Shown here: positions 1-9,840 of the stretch, in pieces | Layout of the letters: every line of letters begins with the position of its first letter | Numbering within the stretch: position 1 is the first letter of the stretch | Assembly: GCF_036675785.1 (NCBI RefSeq) | Contig: NZ_JAKFEF010000069.1 | Span: 46,239 to 110,238, forward strand | DNA from: Aromatoleum sp. | Lineage (GTDB): Bacteria > Pseudomonadota > Gammaproteobacteria > Burkholderiales > Rhodocyclaceae | Direction: 5' to 3' | DNA: 64,000 nt | Position numbers and translations under genes: made by a program | Notes under the pieces: generated by a model | What the model saw: only the letters and a program-made list of their open reading frames with translations | Told to the model about the DNA's origin: nothing | Database searches by the model: none

Positions 1-445
1 CGATGTAGCTGCTGCGTCGCTCGTGAAAGCCGATCAGCACACCGCCCTTGCTCGGCACGACCCGAACTCCAATCCGTGCGCGGTAGCGGTAGCCCCATGA
101 CGGCCCGTGAATCGCCGGATAAACGACCGCGGGTTTCACCTTGCCGACGTGCCACAGCGCATCTTCGAGCACCCGCTGCTTCCCTGCCGCCTGGGCGACG
201 GGGTCCAGATGCTGCATCGAGCAACCGCCACAGACCGAAAAATGCGGACAGCGCGGCGCGACCCGCTGCGCACCGGACTTGACGATGCGGGTCACCTGCG
301 CGAGGTCGTAGCTCGGTCGGCTGCGATACACCGAGTATTCAATTTGCTCGCCGGGCAGCGCACCTTCGACGAAGACGACTTTGCCGTCGACATGGGTGAC
401 GCCGCGGCCTTCATGATCCAGCGACTCGATGACTGCGGTAGGCAT
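1..445 (-). CDS. rlmD: 23S rRNA (uracil-5-)-methyltransferase RlmD/RumA, N-terminal part (gene continues beyond window start)
   Basis: Hand translation of the minus strand from ATG at 445 gives MPTAVIESLDHEGRGVTHVDGKVVFVEGALPGEQIEY...CPHFSVCGGCSMQH. This is a TRAM domain plus the Fe-S Cys cluster typical of RumA. It is absent from the ORF track because it runs off the window. Confidence 0.85.
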   Translation of the reverse strand, partial: MPTAVIESLDHEGRGVTHVDGKVVFVEGALPGEQIEYSVYRSRPSYDLAQVTRIVKSGAQRVAPRCPHFSVCGGCSMQHLDPVAQAAGKQRVLEDALWHVGKVKPAVVYPAIHGPSWGYRYRARIGVRVVPSKGGVLIGFHERRSSYI

Positions 446-582
446 GGACGGCCCGCCCCAAAAGAGCGCGATTTTACCGGCCGGCGGCCCGGTTTTGACA
501 CTGCCGCCTATAATTCCGCGGCGAATCGCGCAGCGTGGCGCGAGAATCCGGAAGTACCGACTGCTACCGCAGGAGCAAGCCG

Positions 583-1071
583 ATGAAGGAATTTTCACCG
601 CGCCGGTTCGACAGCTATGCGAGCTACCGTTCGGCGATGCTCGCCGCGCTCGACGTGGCGACAAGCACGATCGCGATATTCGATCCCGACCTTCGCGACG
701 CCGGCCTGGAGAATTCGGCGGCGATCGTGGCCCTCGACAGGCTGTGCCGCACGTCGCCCCGCCGCGAAGCGGTGCGCATCCTCGTCCACGCGGCCGATTT
801 TGCCGAACGCGAATGCCCTCGCCTCGTCGCGCTGATCGGCGCGTTCACCCACCGCGCCGCCCTGCGCGTCACGAGCACCCCGTTCCTGAGCTGGACGCAA
901 CCGTTTCTCGTCGCAGACGAACGGCATGTCGTCACGCGCTTCGACCGGGACGGACCGCGCGGCAAACTGGCCGTCGAGGATGAGCGGACCTCGTCGATGC
1001 TTCTCGCCCAATTCGAAACGATGTGGATGAGTGGCACGCCGACGACAACCGGCGCCCCTCTTGGGATTTAG
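583..1071 (+). CDS. Conserved hypothetical protein, 162 aa, with a possible degenerate PLD/Nuc-like fold
   Basis: ATG at 583 lies 7 nt after AGGAG. The ORF has coherent codon usage, and its strand/helix pattern (TIAIFDPDL...VRILVH...FLVADERHVVT) recalls single-domain PLD proteins, but no HKD motif is present. Confidence 0.6.
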   Translation: MKEFSPRRFDSYASYRSAMLAALDVATSTIAIFDPDLRDAGLENSAAIVALDRLCRTSPRREAVRILVHAADFAERECPRLVALIGAFTHRAALRVTSTPFLSWTQPFLVADERHVVTRFDRDGPRGKLAVEDERTSSMLLAQFETMWMSGTPTTTGAPLGI

Positions 1072-1246
1072 CGGACAAGGGGCGTTGTGGCGGCGCAACA
1101 CGAAGGTGCCTTTGAAATAGGCGTCCGTGCTAGAATTTTCGTTGGTCTTTCGGCTGCCCACTCGTCCGGCTTATCCGGACAATGCCATCGGCAGACGACG
1201 CTGATCAACTGCTGTCCTCACCCCCGTCAAAAAAAGGATTCAGAAC

Positions 1247-1519
1247 ATGAAGCAATCGCTCCTCGCCGCCGCCCTGATCGCCCTCGCCGTTTCCGCCTGC
1301 GGCAACAAGGAAGAGGCCGCGCCTGTCGCCCCGACCTCCGAGCAGACCGCCCCGGCGGCCGCGCCGGTCGAGCAGGCCGCCAAGGAATCGGTCGAAGCCG
1401 CCAAGGAAGGCGCGGCCGACCAGGTCGAAGCCGCCAAAGAAGGTGCCGAGCAGGCCGTCGAAGCTGCGAAGGAAGGCGCCGAGCAAGCCGTCGAAGCCGC
1501 GAAGGAAGAAGCGAAGTAA
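1247..1519 (+). CDS. Small lipoprotein with 11-residue (33-nt) tandem repeats
   Basis: Signal peptide with lipobox LAVSAC, followed by about 3.8 copies of VEAAKEGAEQA. A strong terminator follows the gene. Confidence 0.8.
   Translation: MKQSLLAAALIALAVSACGNKEEAAPVAPTSEQTAPAAAPVEQAAKESVEAAKEGAADQVEAAKEGAEQAVEAAKEGAEQAVEAAKEEAK
1391..1516 (+). repeat. Imperfect 33-nt tandem repeat (3 full copies plus a 27-nt partial copy) inside the lipoprotein gene
   Basis: Units start at 1391, 1424, 1457 and 1490. Each begins gtcgaagc(c/t)gc and the copies differ mostly at synonymous positions. Confidence 0.85.
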
Positions 1520-1537
1520 TCCACGCTTCGCGACAAC

Positions 1538-1566
1538 GAAAAGCCGGCTGCGAGCCGGCTTTTTTG
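1538..1566. terminator. Bidirectional rho-independent terminator between the lipoprotein gene and bamC
   Basis: Stem gccggct / agccggc (1543-1549 and 1553-1559), flanked by an A-run and a T-run. Confidence 0.8.
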
Positions 1567-1630
1567 TGTCCTCGCCATGCAGCGGTCGAGTTTCGCGAAG
1601 CGGGGCGCCGCGGAAGCGCCCCCTTCTTTC

Positions 1631-2779
1631 CTAGCGGAGTTGCTGCTGCAGCAGGCCGAGAATCTTGCCTGCGGTCTCCGACGGGTCCTCGCCGCCCTCG
1701 CGCGTGAGCACCGACACCGTCGACGCCTCGCCCTCGCCCTGCACCCGGATGCGGTATTCGCTGCCGCCCGCGACGGCATCCTCCTTGTCCCGCCAGAACG
1801 CGAGCTTCGACAGGAATCCTTCGGACTTCTTCGACTGGGCGCCCACTTCAGGGTCGACATAGCGGACGAAGTACAGCCCCTTCGAACGATCGCGGTCTTC
1901 GACCGTGAAGCCGGTTCGATCGAGCGCCAGGCCGACTCGCCGCCACGCCCGGTCGAAGGACTCTTCGAGCGCCAGACTGACCTTTCCGCCCGCCGCGCTC
2001 TTGAGTTCCGCGCGCTGCGGTTCCGGCGCGGCCTTGACGATCGCCTGCGCGCGTGCCTCGTCCGCGCCGAGACGAACCATCAGCCGGCGCAGCATTTCCG
2101 CTTCGAGCTCCGGGTCGGCGGGGCGCGGCTGCCAGACTGTCGTGTCCTTCGCTTCGTTCGGGTAGATCTCCATCATGCCGCGATGGCTGATGTAGATCTC
2201 GACAGTGCCGGGCTCCTTGCCTGCCTCGAAGCGCGTACGGAACTTGTCGCGTTCGGGCGTCGAGAACAGCCCGTCGAGGACCTTGCCGAGCGTCGAGCGC
2301 ACGAAATCCTGCGGAATCTTCGCCCGGTCCTCGGCCCAGTCGGTTTCCATCACCCCGACTTCCGGCCGCTCGACGTCGAGGATGAAGCCGAGTTCGAGCC
2401 AGAAATCCTTGACCTGCGGCCACAGCATGTCCGCCGACCCCGGCACGACGAGCCATCGCTGCGTGCCCGCGCGCTCGACGCGCATGCGCTCGACGGCAGG
2501 GAGGACGTCGGCGCCCGATTTCGCCTGCGGCTGGGCCGCGCGCTCGTTGCTGTAGGCCGAGAACGTTGCCACGCCGCGCGGCGAAACATCGGGAACGGCG
2601 TAACGGTCGTCGCGTGTCGGCTCGGTGAGATCCGGCGGGATTTCGAGCGGCGGCAGCTTCTGCGCACTCTTGTAGTCGATCTTCTTCGATTCCAGAAGCG
2701 AACCGGAGCACCCTGCGAGGGCAACCGATAGCGCGATGAGTGACGCAGAAGTGCGGACAGTGCGGTTCATGAGTTTCAA
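1631..2779 (-). CDS. bamC: Outer membrane protein assembly factor BamC (NlpB)
   Basis: Lipobox LAGCSG followed by SLLESKKIDYKSAQKLPPLEIPPDL, a typical NlpB N-terminus. The gene sits directly downstream of dapA, as in many proteobacteria. Confidence 0.9.
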   Translation of the reverse strand: MKLMNRTVRTSASLIALSVALAGCSGSLLESKKIDYKSAQKLPPLEIPPDLTEPTRDDRYAVPDVSPRGVATFSAYSNERAAQPQAKSGADVLPAVERMRVERAGTQRWLVVPGSADMLWPQVKDFWLELGFILDVERPEVGVMETDWAEDRAKIPQDFVRSTLGKVLDGLFSTPERDKFRTRFEAGKEPGTVEIYISHRGMMEIYPNEAKDTTVWQPRPADPELEAEMLRRLMVRLGADEARAQAIVKAAPEPQRAELKSAAGGKVSLALEESFDRAWRRVGLALDRTGFTVEDRDRSKGLYFVRYVDPEVGAQSKKSEGFLSKLAFWRDKEDAVAGGSEYRIRVQGEGEASTVSVLTREGGEDPSETAGKILGLLQQQLR

Positions 2780-2794
2780 GCGGTCCTCGAGGAT

Positions 2795-3673
2795 TCAAAC
2801 ATTCACGCCGGCCCGGCGCATCGCGAGTTGCACCCGCTCGTGCTGCGCCGGCGAGAGCGTCGTAAGCGGCAGGCGGATGCCGGCCTGGATCAGTCCCATC
2901 CGCGCCACCGCCCACTTCACCGGGATCGGGTTCGCCTCGCAGAAGAGGTCGCGGTGCAGCGGGACGAGACGGGCGTTGATCTCGCGCGTTTTCCGGGTGT
3001 CACCGGCGAGCGCGGCGGCGCACATCTCGTGCATCGCGCGCGGCGCGACGTTGGCCGTCACCGAGATCGTCCCGTGGCCGCCGAGGAGGATGAAGACGGC
3101 CGCCGTCATGTCGTCGCCGCTGTAGAGCGCGAAGTCTCGCGGCGCACGTTCGATCAGGTCGCAGGCGCGGTCGATGCTGCCGGTCGCGTCCTTGATGCCG
3201 ACGATGTTCGACAGTTCCGCAAGCCGCAGCGCAGTGTCGTTGCCGAGGTCGGCGACGGTGCGCCCGGGCACGTTGTACAGAATCAGCGGCAGCTCGACCG
3301 CTTCGGCGATCGAGCGGAAGTGCCGGTACAGGCCTTCCTGCGTCGGCTTGTTGTAATACGGCACGACGGAGAGATGCGCGGCGGCGCCGGCCTTCTCCGC
3401 GAAACGCGCCAGCTCGATCGCTTCGCGCGTGGAGTTCGCGCCGGTGCCGGCGATTACCGGAATCCGCCCCGCCGCGTGTTCGACGGCGACCCGGATCAGC
3501 TCGCAATGTTCGTCCACGTCCACCGTCGGCGACTCGCCGGTCGTGCCGACGATGACGATGCCGTCGGTGCCTTCGGCCACGTGGAAGTCGATCAAGCTGC
3601 GCAGACGCGGGAAATCCAGGCTGCCATCCTCGTTCATCGGGGTGACGATGGCGACAATCGATCCGGTAATCAT
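2795..3673 (-). CDS. dapA: 4-hydroxy-tetrahydrodipicolinate synthase
   Basis: [51 protein letters not shown]. Start trimmed to the ATG at 3673 inside the longer ORF. Confidence 0.95.
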   Translation of the reverse strand: MITGSIVAIVTPMNEDGSLDFPRLRSLIDFHVAEGTDGIVIVGTTGESPTVDVDEHCELIRVAVEHAAGRIPVIAGTGANSTREAIELARFAEKAGAAAHLSVVPYYNKPTQEGLYRHFRSIAEAVELPLILYNVPGRTVADLGNDTALRLAELSNIVGIKDATGSIDRACDLIERAPRDFALYSGDDMTAAVFILLGGHGTISVTANVAPRAMHEMCAAALAGDTRKTREINARLVPLHRDLFCEANPIPVKWAVARMGLIQAGIRLPLTTLSPAQHERVQLAMRRAGVNV

Positions 3674-3779
3674 GGGAGTGGCCGAAAGATTAAAAACGCT
3701 GATTCTACCCGATCGCCGCACGACGACTAGTGCGGGTCCGGGTAACGTCCGCCGACACGAGGTCGGGCGGCGGACGGCA

Positions 3780-4706
3780 TCACAGGTCGGCCAGCGCCTT
3801 GATGTGGGCAACCACGGAGCGGGCGAGCGACGACAGCGCGTACCCGCCCTCGAGGATCGAGACGATGTTCCGGTGCCCGCAGTCCTCGGCGACCGCCTTG
3901 ATCTGCTGCGTCGCCCAGACATAGTCGGATTCGACGAGCCCGAGCGAGCCCATGTCGTCTTCGTAATGGCCGTCGAAACCCGCCGAGATGAAGATCATCT
4001 GCGGGTTGTGGTCGCGCAGCGCCGGCACCCACATATCGCTGACGATCTGGCGGAAAGTGTCGCCGCGCGTGCCGGCCGGCACCGGAACATTGACCATGTG
4101 CGAGGACGTGCAGTCCGCACCGCTGTACGGGTAGAACGGGTGCTGGAAGATGCTCGCCATCAGCACGCGCGGGTCGTCGCGGAAGATGTCCTCGGTCCCG
4201 TTGCCGTGGTGCACGTCGAAGTCGACGATCGCGACGCGTTCGAGCCCGTGCGCCTCGAGCGCATGGCGCGCGGCGATCGCGATGTTGTTCAGGAAGCAGA
4301 ATCCCATCGCCTTCGATCGCTCAGCGTGGTGGCCGGGCGGACGCACCGCACAGAATGCGTTCTCGATCTCGCCCTTCAGGACGAGGTCCGTGGCGAGCAC
4401 GCCGGCACCGGCCGAGCGCAGCGCGGCCTTCAGCGTGTCGGGATTCATCGCGGTGTCCGGATCGAGGTGGCGGATGCCGTGCTCGGGAACGCTCGCCTTC
4501 AATTCTTCGAGGTAGCTTTCGGGGTGCGCCCGCGCGATCTGTTCCGGCGTCGCCTGGGGGGCATCATAGAACGACAGGTAAAGGTCGAGACCGGCGGCGA
4601 TCAGCCGGTCGTTGATGGCCGCGAGCCGGTCCGCACATTCCGGGTGGAAACTACCCATGTCGTGCAGCCAGCACTCGCGGTGCGTGATGAACGCCGTCGT
4701 CGTCAT
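3780..4706 (-). CDS. Histone deacetylase-family (HDAC/AcuC-like) amidohydrolase
   Basis: Motifs [17 protein letters not shown] and EGGY are present. Confidence 0.9.
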   Translation of the reverse strand: MTTTAFITHRECWLHDMGSFHPECADRLAAINDRLIAAGLDLYLSFYDAPQATPEQIARAHPESYLEELKASVPEHGIRHLDPDTAMNPDTLKAALRSAGAGVLATDLVLKGEIENAFCAVRPPGHHAERSKAMGFCFLNNIAIAARHALEAHGLERVAIVDFDVHHGNGTEDIFRDDPRVLMASIFQHPFYPYSGADCTSSHMVNVPVPAGTRGDTFRQIVSDMWVPALRDHNPQMIFISAGFDGHYEDDMGSLGLVESDYVWATQQIKAVAEDCGHRNIVSILEGGYALSSLARSVVAHIKALADL

Positions 4707-4838
4707 ACTCCCCCTCTATCCGGCGCGGCAAGCTCACGCCTCGATCCTCGAACTGGCCGGTCCCGCCTCGGGCGCGGCCTGATGGTCTTTGTCGTCTATT
4801 ATCGCCGCTTCACCGCCAATTTCACAGTACGCCGAACC

Positions 4839-5756
4839 ATGCCCCACCGCCACGCGACGCGCCTTCTCGAAGCGGCCGGCTGCATCATTCTCGGGAAGGA
4901 ACGGGAGCTGCGGCTGGCGCTCACCTGCCTCGTCGCGCGCGGCCATCTGTTGATCGAGGACATCCCCGGCGTCGGCAAAACGACGCTGGCGCACGTGCTC
5001 GCGCGCCTCGTCGGTTTGCAGTTCCAGCGCATCCAGTTCACGAGCGATTTCCTGCCGGCCGACATCCTCGGCGTCTCGGTCTTCGACCGCGACACCGGCG
5101 CGTTCCGTTTCCACCCCGGCCCGATCTTCGCGCAGCTGATCCTCGCCGACGAGATCAACCGCGCGACGCCGAAGACGCAGAGCGCACTGCTCGAAGCGAT
5201 GGAGGAACGGCAGGTCACCGCCGACGGCGAGACACACGTCTTGCCCGAGCCCTTCTTCGTCATCGCGACGCAGAATCCTTCGCACCAGATCGGCACTTTT
5301 CCGCTGCCCGAAAGCCAGCTCGACCGCTTCCTGATGCGCATCCGGCTCGGGTATCCCGATCGCAGCGCCGAGCGCGCGTTGCTGATGGGCGAGGACCGGC
5401 GCCAGCTGCTGGAGCGCCAGGAACAGGTCATCCGCCCGCGCGATTTGCTCGATCTCCAGCGCGCCGCGCGCGACGTCACCGTCGCCGAGCGGCTGATCGA
5501 TTACGTCCAGACGCTGCTCGCGAGCACGCGGCAGGACGCCGAACTCGCGGTCGGCCTCAGCCCGCGCGCGGGACTCGCGCTGCTCGCAGCCGCGCGCGCG
5601 TGGGCGCTGATCGACCGGCGCGACCACGTGCTGCCGGAGGACGTGCAGGCGGTCTTTCCGCATGTTGCCGGACATCGGCTGCATCTCACCACCGACGGGC
5701 GCGCGGCCGGATCCGACGTCCTGACCCGCCTCATCCGCAGCGTCCCGGTCGTCTGA
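4839..5756 (+). CDS. MoxR-like AAA+ ATPase
   Basis: Walker A GVGKT, ADEINRATPKTQSALLEAMEE and VIATQNP. Start taken at MPHRHATR inside the long shadow ORF. Confidence 0.9.
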   Translation: MPHRHATRLLEAAGCIILGKERELRLALTCLVARGHLLIEDIPGVGKTTLAHVLARLVGLQFQRIQFTSDFLPADILGVSVFDRDTGAFRFHPGPIFAQLILADEINRATPKTQSALLEAMEERQVTADGETHVLPEPFFVIATQNPSHQIGTFPLPESQLDRFLMRIRLGYPDRSAERALLMGEDRRQLLERQEQVIRPRDLLDLQRAARDVTVAERLIDYVQTLLASTRQDAELAVGLSPRAGLALLAAARAWALIDRRDHVLPEDVQAVFPHVAGHRLHLTTDGRAAGSDVLTRLIRSVPVV

Positions 5757-6730
5757 TGCGGCGATTTGCGATGCTGCGCGACCGGCTGTCCGGCTGGCTG
5801 CTCCGTGCGGGGCCGCCCGAACCGTCGCCGATCGTCCTGGGCCAGGGCCGCATCTTCGTGCTGCCGACCCGAGCCGGCGTCGGTTTCACCAGCGCGCTCC
5901 TGGTGATGCTGATCGCCTCGATCAATTACAACCTCGGCCTCGGCTTCGCGCTCGTTTTCCTGCTCGGCGGCGTCGGGGTCGCGAGCATGATCCATGCGTT
6001 CCGCAACCTGCTCCACCTGTCGGTCCGGCCCGGCCGCGCCGCCCCGGTGTTTGCCGGAGAAACGGCGCAATTCCACCTTCTCGTCGGCAATGCGCGAAAG
6101 GGCCGGCGGCCGGCGCTAAAGCTCGGAGCACCCGGGGCGGGCACGTCGTTCGAACTCGCGGGGGGCGAGACGATCGACGTCGCGCTGACGGTCCCGAGCA
6201 AGCGGCGCGGCTGGAAGCCGCTCGGCCGTGTCGTGCTCGAAACCGCCTATCCGCTCGGCCTGATCCGCGCGTGGTGCGTGCTGGTCCCCGATCTCGATTG
6301 CCTTGTCTATCCGGCGCCGGAACGCGACGCGCCGCCGCTGCCTCGCCGGACGGCGAATGACTCCGGCGAGCGGTCCCGGCGATCCGGCGACGAGGATTTC
6401 GCGGGACTGCGACGGCACCGACCCACGGATTCGCCGCGCCACGTCGCGTGGAAGGCGGTCGCCCGCGGCGGGCCGATGCTGACGAAGGAGTTTGCCGGCG
6501 CGGAAGGGGGCGACGTGACCCTCGACTGGCATGCCCTCCCGGAAGACCTCGACGTCGAAGCCCGGCTTCGCCGGCTCGCCGCGTGGGTCGTTGCCGCCGA
6601 AGCCGCTTCGGTCGCTTTTTCGCTGAAACTCCCGGACGGCCGGTATGGTCCGGATGCCGGCGTGGCCCATGAGGAAGCCTGCCTGAGGCGGCTCGCGCTG
6701 TTCGGCTTGCCGGAAGCACGGCATGGTTAG
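5756..6730 (+). CDS. DUF58 domain protein (MoxR partner)
   Basis: ATGA overlap with moxR. N-terminal TM pair, and DFAGLRRHRPTDSPRHVAWK is typical of DUF58. Confidence 0.85.
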   Translation: MRRFAMLRDRLSGWLLRAGPPEPSPIVLGQGRIFVLPTRAGVGFTSALLVMLIASINYNLGLGFALVFLLGGVGVASMIHAFRNLLHLSVRPGRAAPVFAGETAQFHLLVGNARKGRRPALKLGAPGAGTSFELAGGETIDVALTVPSKRRGWKPLGRVVLETAYPLGLIRAWCVLVPDLDCLVYPAPERDAPPLPRRTANDSGERSRRSGDEDFAGLRRHRPTDSPRHVAWKAVARGGPMLTKEFAGAEGGDVTLDWHALPEDLDVEARLRRLAAWVVAAEAASVAFSLKLPDGRYGPDAGVAHEEACLRRLALFGLPEARHG

Positions 6731-8669
6731 ATGGTTCCCGCTCGACCACCAGTCGGCGCGCTGGCTTCTGGCGACCGCGGCCGCGACGCTCGCGCCGCAC
6801 GCGATCCATCTGCCGCCGTGGCTCCTGGCGATCTGCGCGCTGCTGCTCGCATGGCGGTCGCAACTGCCGTGGCAGAAGGGCGCGGCCGGTCACCGCGTCG
6901 CGATCCTGTTCCTCGCGCTCGGCACCGCGGTGGGGGTCAGGCTGCATTTCGGCCATTTCTTCGGACGGGATTCCGGCGTCGCGCTGCTCGCGGCGCTGTT
7001 GTGCCTCAAGGTCCTCGAAAGCAGCAGCGCCCGCGACGTCCGCGCCTGCGTGCTGCTAAGCTTTTTCCTGCAACTCGGGCTGTTCTTCTACGACCAGACG
7101 CCGGCCATCGGCGCGCTCGCGCTCGTCGGAAGTCTGCTCGCGATTGTCACGCTGACGAGTCTTCAGGACGCGGCAGCGCCGCTCGCCGCCCAGTTGCGGA
7201 CTGGCGCCCTGCTGCTCGCCCAGGGCCTTCCGTTCATGATCGCGCTGTTCGTGCTGTTCCCGCGTGTGCAGGGGCCGCTGTGGGGATTGCCGGCCGACGC
7301 GTACGCCGGGCGATCCGGGCTGTCGGATTCGATGACGCCCGGGTCGATCAGCCAACTCGGCCTGTCCGACGCGATCGCGTTCCGCGCAGCATTCCGCGCC
7401 GCCCCGCCGCCACGGGCGCAGCGCTACTGGCGCGGGCCCGTGCTGACGACGTTCGACGGCCAAACGTGGCGGCCGGGCAGTTACACGGTCGCGTCGCAGC
7501 CGTCGTACCGCGCGGCCGGCCCGACGTACCGCTACCGTCTCACGCTCGAACCTCACGGGCAGAACTGGCTGCTCGCGCTCGACTATCCGGCGGGTGTGGT
7601 TCGCGGCGCGCGCTATGCGAGCGACCATCGCCTGCTTGCCGACGCGCCGCTCCGCGGCCGCAGCCGCTTCGACCTCGTCGCCACGCCATCCGCTCTGATC
7701 GGTCTCGACGAGAATTCTGCCGTTCTCGCCGCCGCGCGCCACCTTCCCCCCGAGTCGAATCCGCGCGCGCGGGCGCTCGCCCGGAAATTCGCCGAAAGCG
7801 ACGCTTCGCCCGCCGTGATCCTCGAGCGCACGCTCGCCCACCTGCGGGCGAGCCGCCTGACCTACACGCTGAACCCGCCGCGGCTAGGCAAGCACAGCGT
7901 CGACGGGTTCCTGTTCGATACGCGGCGGGGCTTCTGCGAGCATTTCTCGTCGGCGTTCGTGTTCCTGATACGGGCCGCGGGCGTCCCGTCGCGCGTCGTC
8001 ACCGGATATCAGGGCGGCGAAATCAACCCGATTGACGGCAGCCTCGTCGTGCGTCAGTCGGATGCGCATGCGTGGGCCGAAGTCTGGCTCGCCGGACGGG
8101 GATGGGTCCGCGTCGATCCGACCGCGCTCGCCGCGCCGCTGCGGATCGAGGCCGGACTTGGGGCGGCGCTGCCCGAAGGCGAACCGCTGCCGTTCATGAG
8201 GCGCACGCAGTTTGCGTGGCTGCTTGCGGTGCGCAACCAGTGGGAAGCGGCATCCCATACCTGGAACCAGTGGGTTCTTGGATACAATCCGGACCGGCAG
8301 CGCGAACTGCTCGCTCGACTCGGTTTCCCCGGTACCGACTGGCAAGCCCTCACCGTGCTGCTGGGCGCGACCGGTGCGGGACTGATGCTGCTGCTCTTCG
8401 CGGGGGCCTTCCTGCAGCGGAACACCGCCGATCGGCTCGACAGGGCGTGGTCCGCTTTTTGCCGGAAGCTCGCGAAGCGCGGCGTCGCGCGACAGCCGTG
8501 GGAAGGCCCGGTCGACTACGGCGTTCGCGCGGCAAACGCCTTTCCCCGCCAGGCTGCGGCACTGCACGCGATCGCGGCGAACTACGCCCGCTTGCGATAC
8601 GGACCACTCGCCGAACCGGGAGCAGTTCTTGAACTCTACCGGCGAATCAGGAGATTGAAGCTTCAATGA
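6723..8669 (+). CDS. tgpA: Transglutaminase-like membrane protein TgpA (DUF3488 plus transglutaminase core)
   Basis: Multi-TM N-terminus followed by GFCEHFSSAFVFLIRAAGVPSRVVTGY...DAHAWAEVW, which supplies the Cys-His-Asp core. Confidence 0.9.
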   Translation: MVRWFPLDHQSARWLLATAAATLAPHAIHLPPWLLAICALLLAWRSQLPWQKGAAGHRVAILFLALGTAVGVRLHFGHFFGRDSGVALLAALLCLKVLESSSARDVRACVLLSFFLQLGLFFYDQTPAIGALALVGSLLAIVTLTSLQDAAAPLAAQLRTGALLLAQGLPFMIALFVLFPRVQGPLWGLPADAYAGRSGLSDSMTPGSISQLGLSDAIAFRAAFRAAPPPRAQRYWRGPVLTTFDGQTWRPGSYTVASQPSYRAAGPTYRYRLTLEPHGQNWLLALDYPAGVVRGARYASDHRLLADAPLRGRSRFDLVATPSALIGLDENSAVLAAARHLPPESNPRARALARKFAESDASPAVILERTLAHLRASRLTYTLNPPRLGKHSVDGFLFDTRRGFCEHFSSAFVFLIRAAGVPSRVVTGYQGGEINPIDGSLVVRQSDAHAWAEVWLAGRGWVRVDPTALAAPLRIEAGLGAALPEGEPLPFMRRTQFAWLLAVRNQWEAASHTWNQWVLGYNPDRQRELLARLGFPGTDWQALTVLLGATGAGLMLLLFAGAFLQRNTADRLDRAWSAFCRKLAKRGVARQPWEGPVDYGVRAANAFPRQAAALHAIAANYARLRYGPLAEPGAVLELYRRIRRLKLQ

Positions 8670-9676
8670 AGGTCACGATTACCGGCGCGCTGCTCGCGCT
8701 CCTGCTGCTCGCGGGTCCCGCGCAGTCCGATGCGTCCTACCTCGAGCGCGAGGACGTCAGAGCCTTTGCGCGGGAGATGGCGGAAAAACACGGCTTCGAC
8801 ACCGCCGAACTGCTCTCGGCGCTCCACCGCGCCGAGCATGATCCGCGAGTGATCCGGCTGATCACGCCGCCCGGCGAGCCGGGCGTGCGCTCCTGGCAGC
8901 GCTACCGCGCGCGCTTTCTCGACGTCGCGCGCATCGAAAACGGCGTCGCTTTCTGGCAGGAAAACGAGGCGGCGTTGCGCGAAGCCGCCCAACGCTACGG
9001 CGTCCCGCCCGAAATCGTCGTCGCGATCCTCGGCGTCGAAACGTTTTACGGCCGCAATGCCGGCAGCTTCGAGACGGTGTCCGCGCTCGCGACGCTCGCA
9101 TTCGATTACCCGCCGCGTGGACCGTTGTTCCGCCGCGAGCTCGAAAACCTGTTCCTCCTCGCGCGCGAACAGGAGCGCGACCCGTTCAGCTACCAAGGCT
9201 CATATGCCGGCGCGATCGGCTATCCGCAGTTCCTGCCGAGCAGCATGCGGGCATACGCGGTCGACTTCGACGGCAACGGGAGAATCGATTTCGAATCCGG
9301 GCCCGACGACGCGATCGGCAGCGTCGCGCGCTACCTCGCCGAACACGGCTGGCGACGCGGGGAACCGGTCGCCGAACCCGCTCGAATCGCGGGCGCGGAT
9401 CCGCAGCCCCTCGTTGACGCCGGCATCGAGCCGGCGCTCCCGCCCGAGACGCTCACGCACGCCGGCGTCACTACGGCGAACGGCACACCGCCGGCCACCA
9501 TCGCGACCCTCGTCGACCTCGCAACGCCGGGAACGGACACCGAGTACTGGCTGGGCTACCGCAACTTCTACGTGATCACGCGGTACAACAAGAGCAGCTT
9601 CTACGCGATGGCGGTGTTCCAGTTGGGGCAGGCGTTGCGGGAAACGCAGGACGCGGCAACGGCTGCGGGCCTCTGA
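8666..9676 (+). CDS. mltB: Lytic murein transglycosylase B
   Basis: VAILGVETFYG...GSYAGAIGYPQFLPSS...DFDGNGRIDF. ATGA overlap with tgpA. Confidence 0.9.
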   Translation: MKVTITGALLALLLLAGPAQSDASYLEREDVRAFAREMAEKHGFDTAELLSALHRAEHDPRVIRLITPPGEPGVRSWQRYRARFLDVARIENGVAFWQENEAALREAAQRYGVPPEIVVAILGVETFYGRNAGSFETVSALATLAFDYPPRGPLFRRELENLFLLAREQERDPFSYQGSYAGAIGYPQFLPSSMRAYAVDFDGNGRIDFESGPDDAIGSVARYLAEHGWRRGEPVAEPARIAGADPQPLVDAGIEPALPPETLTHAGVTTANGTPPATIATLVDLATPGTDTEYWLGYRNFYVITRYNKSSFYAMAVFQLGQALRETQDAATAAGL

Positions 9677-9840
9677 ACTGGGCGGCTCTTCCGGCCGCTG
9701 CGGCGCGCCGATGAGGCGGGGCATCTCGCCGGACGCACAACACAGGAAACGGCAATCGAGCGCAGGCGTCGCGCGGAGCGGGAGATGGCCGGATGCGCCG
9801 GTACCCGGCGACGCAATGCTACCGAGGGTCGGAAACCCGC

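Noticed and set aside
3429-4838. The N-terminal 470 codons of the 775-aa plus-strand ORF that ends as the MoxR ATPase.
   Set aside because: This part is antisense to dapA and the HDAC-like gene and has no AAA+ or other similarity. MoxR homology starts at MPHRHATR (ATG at 4839).
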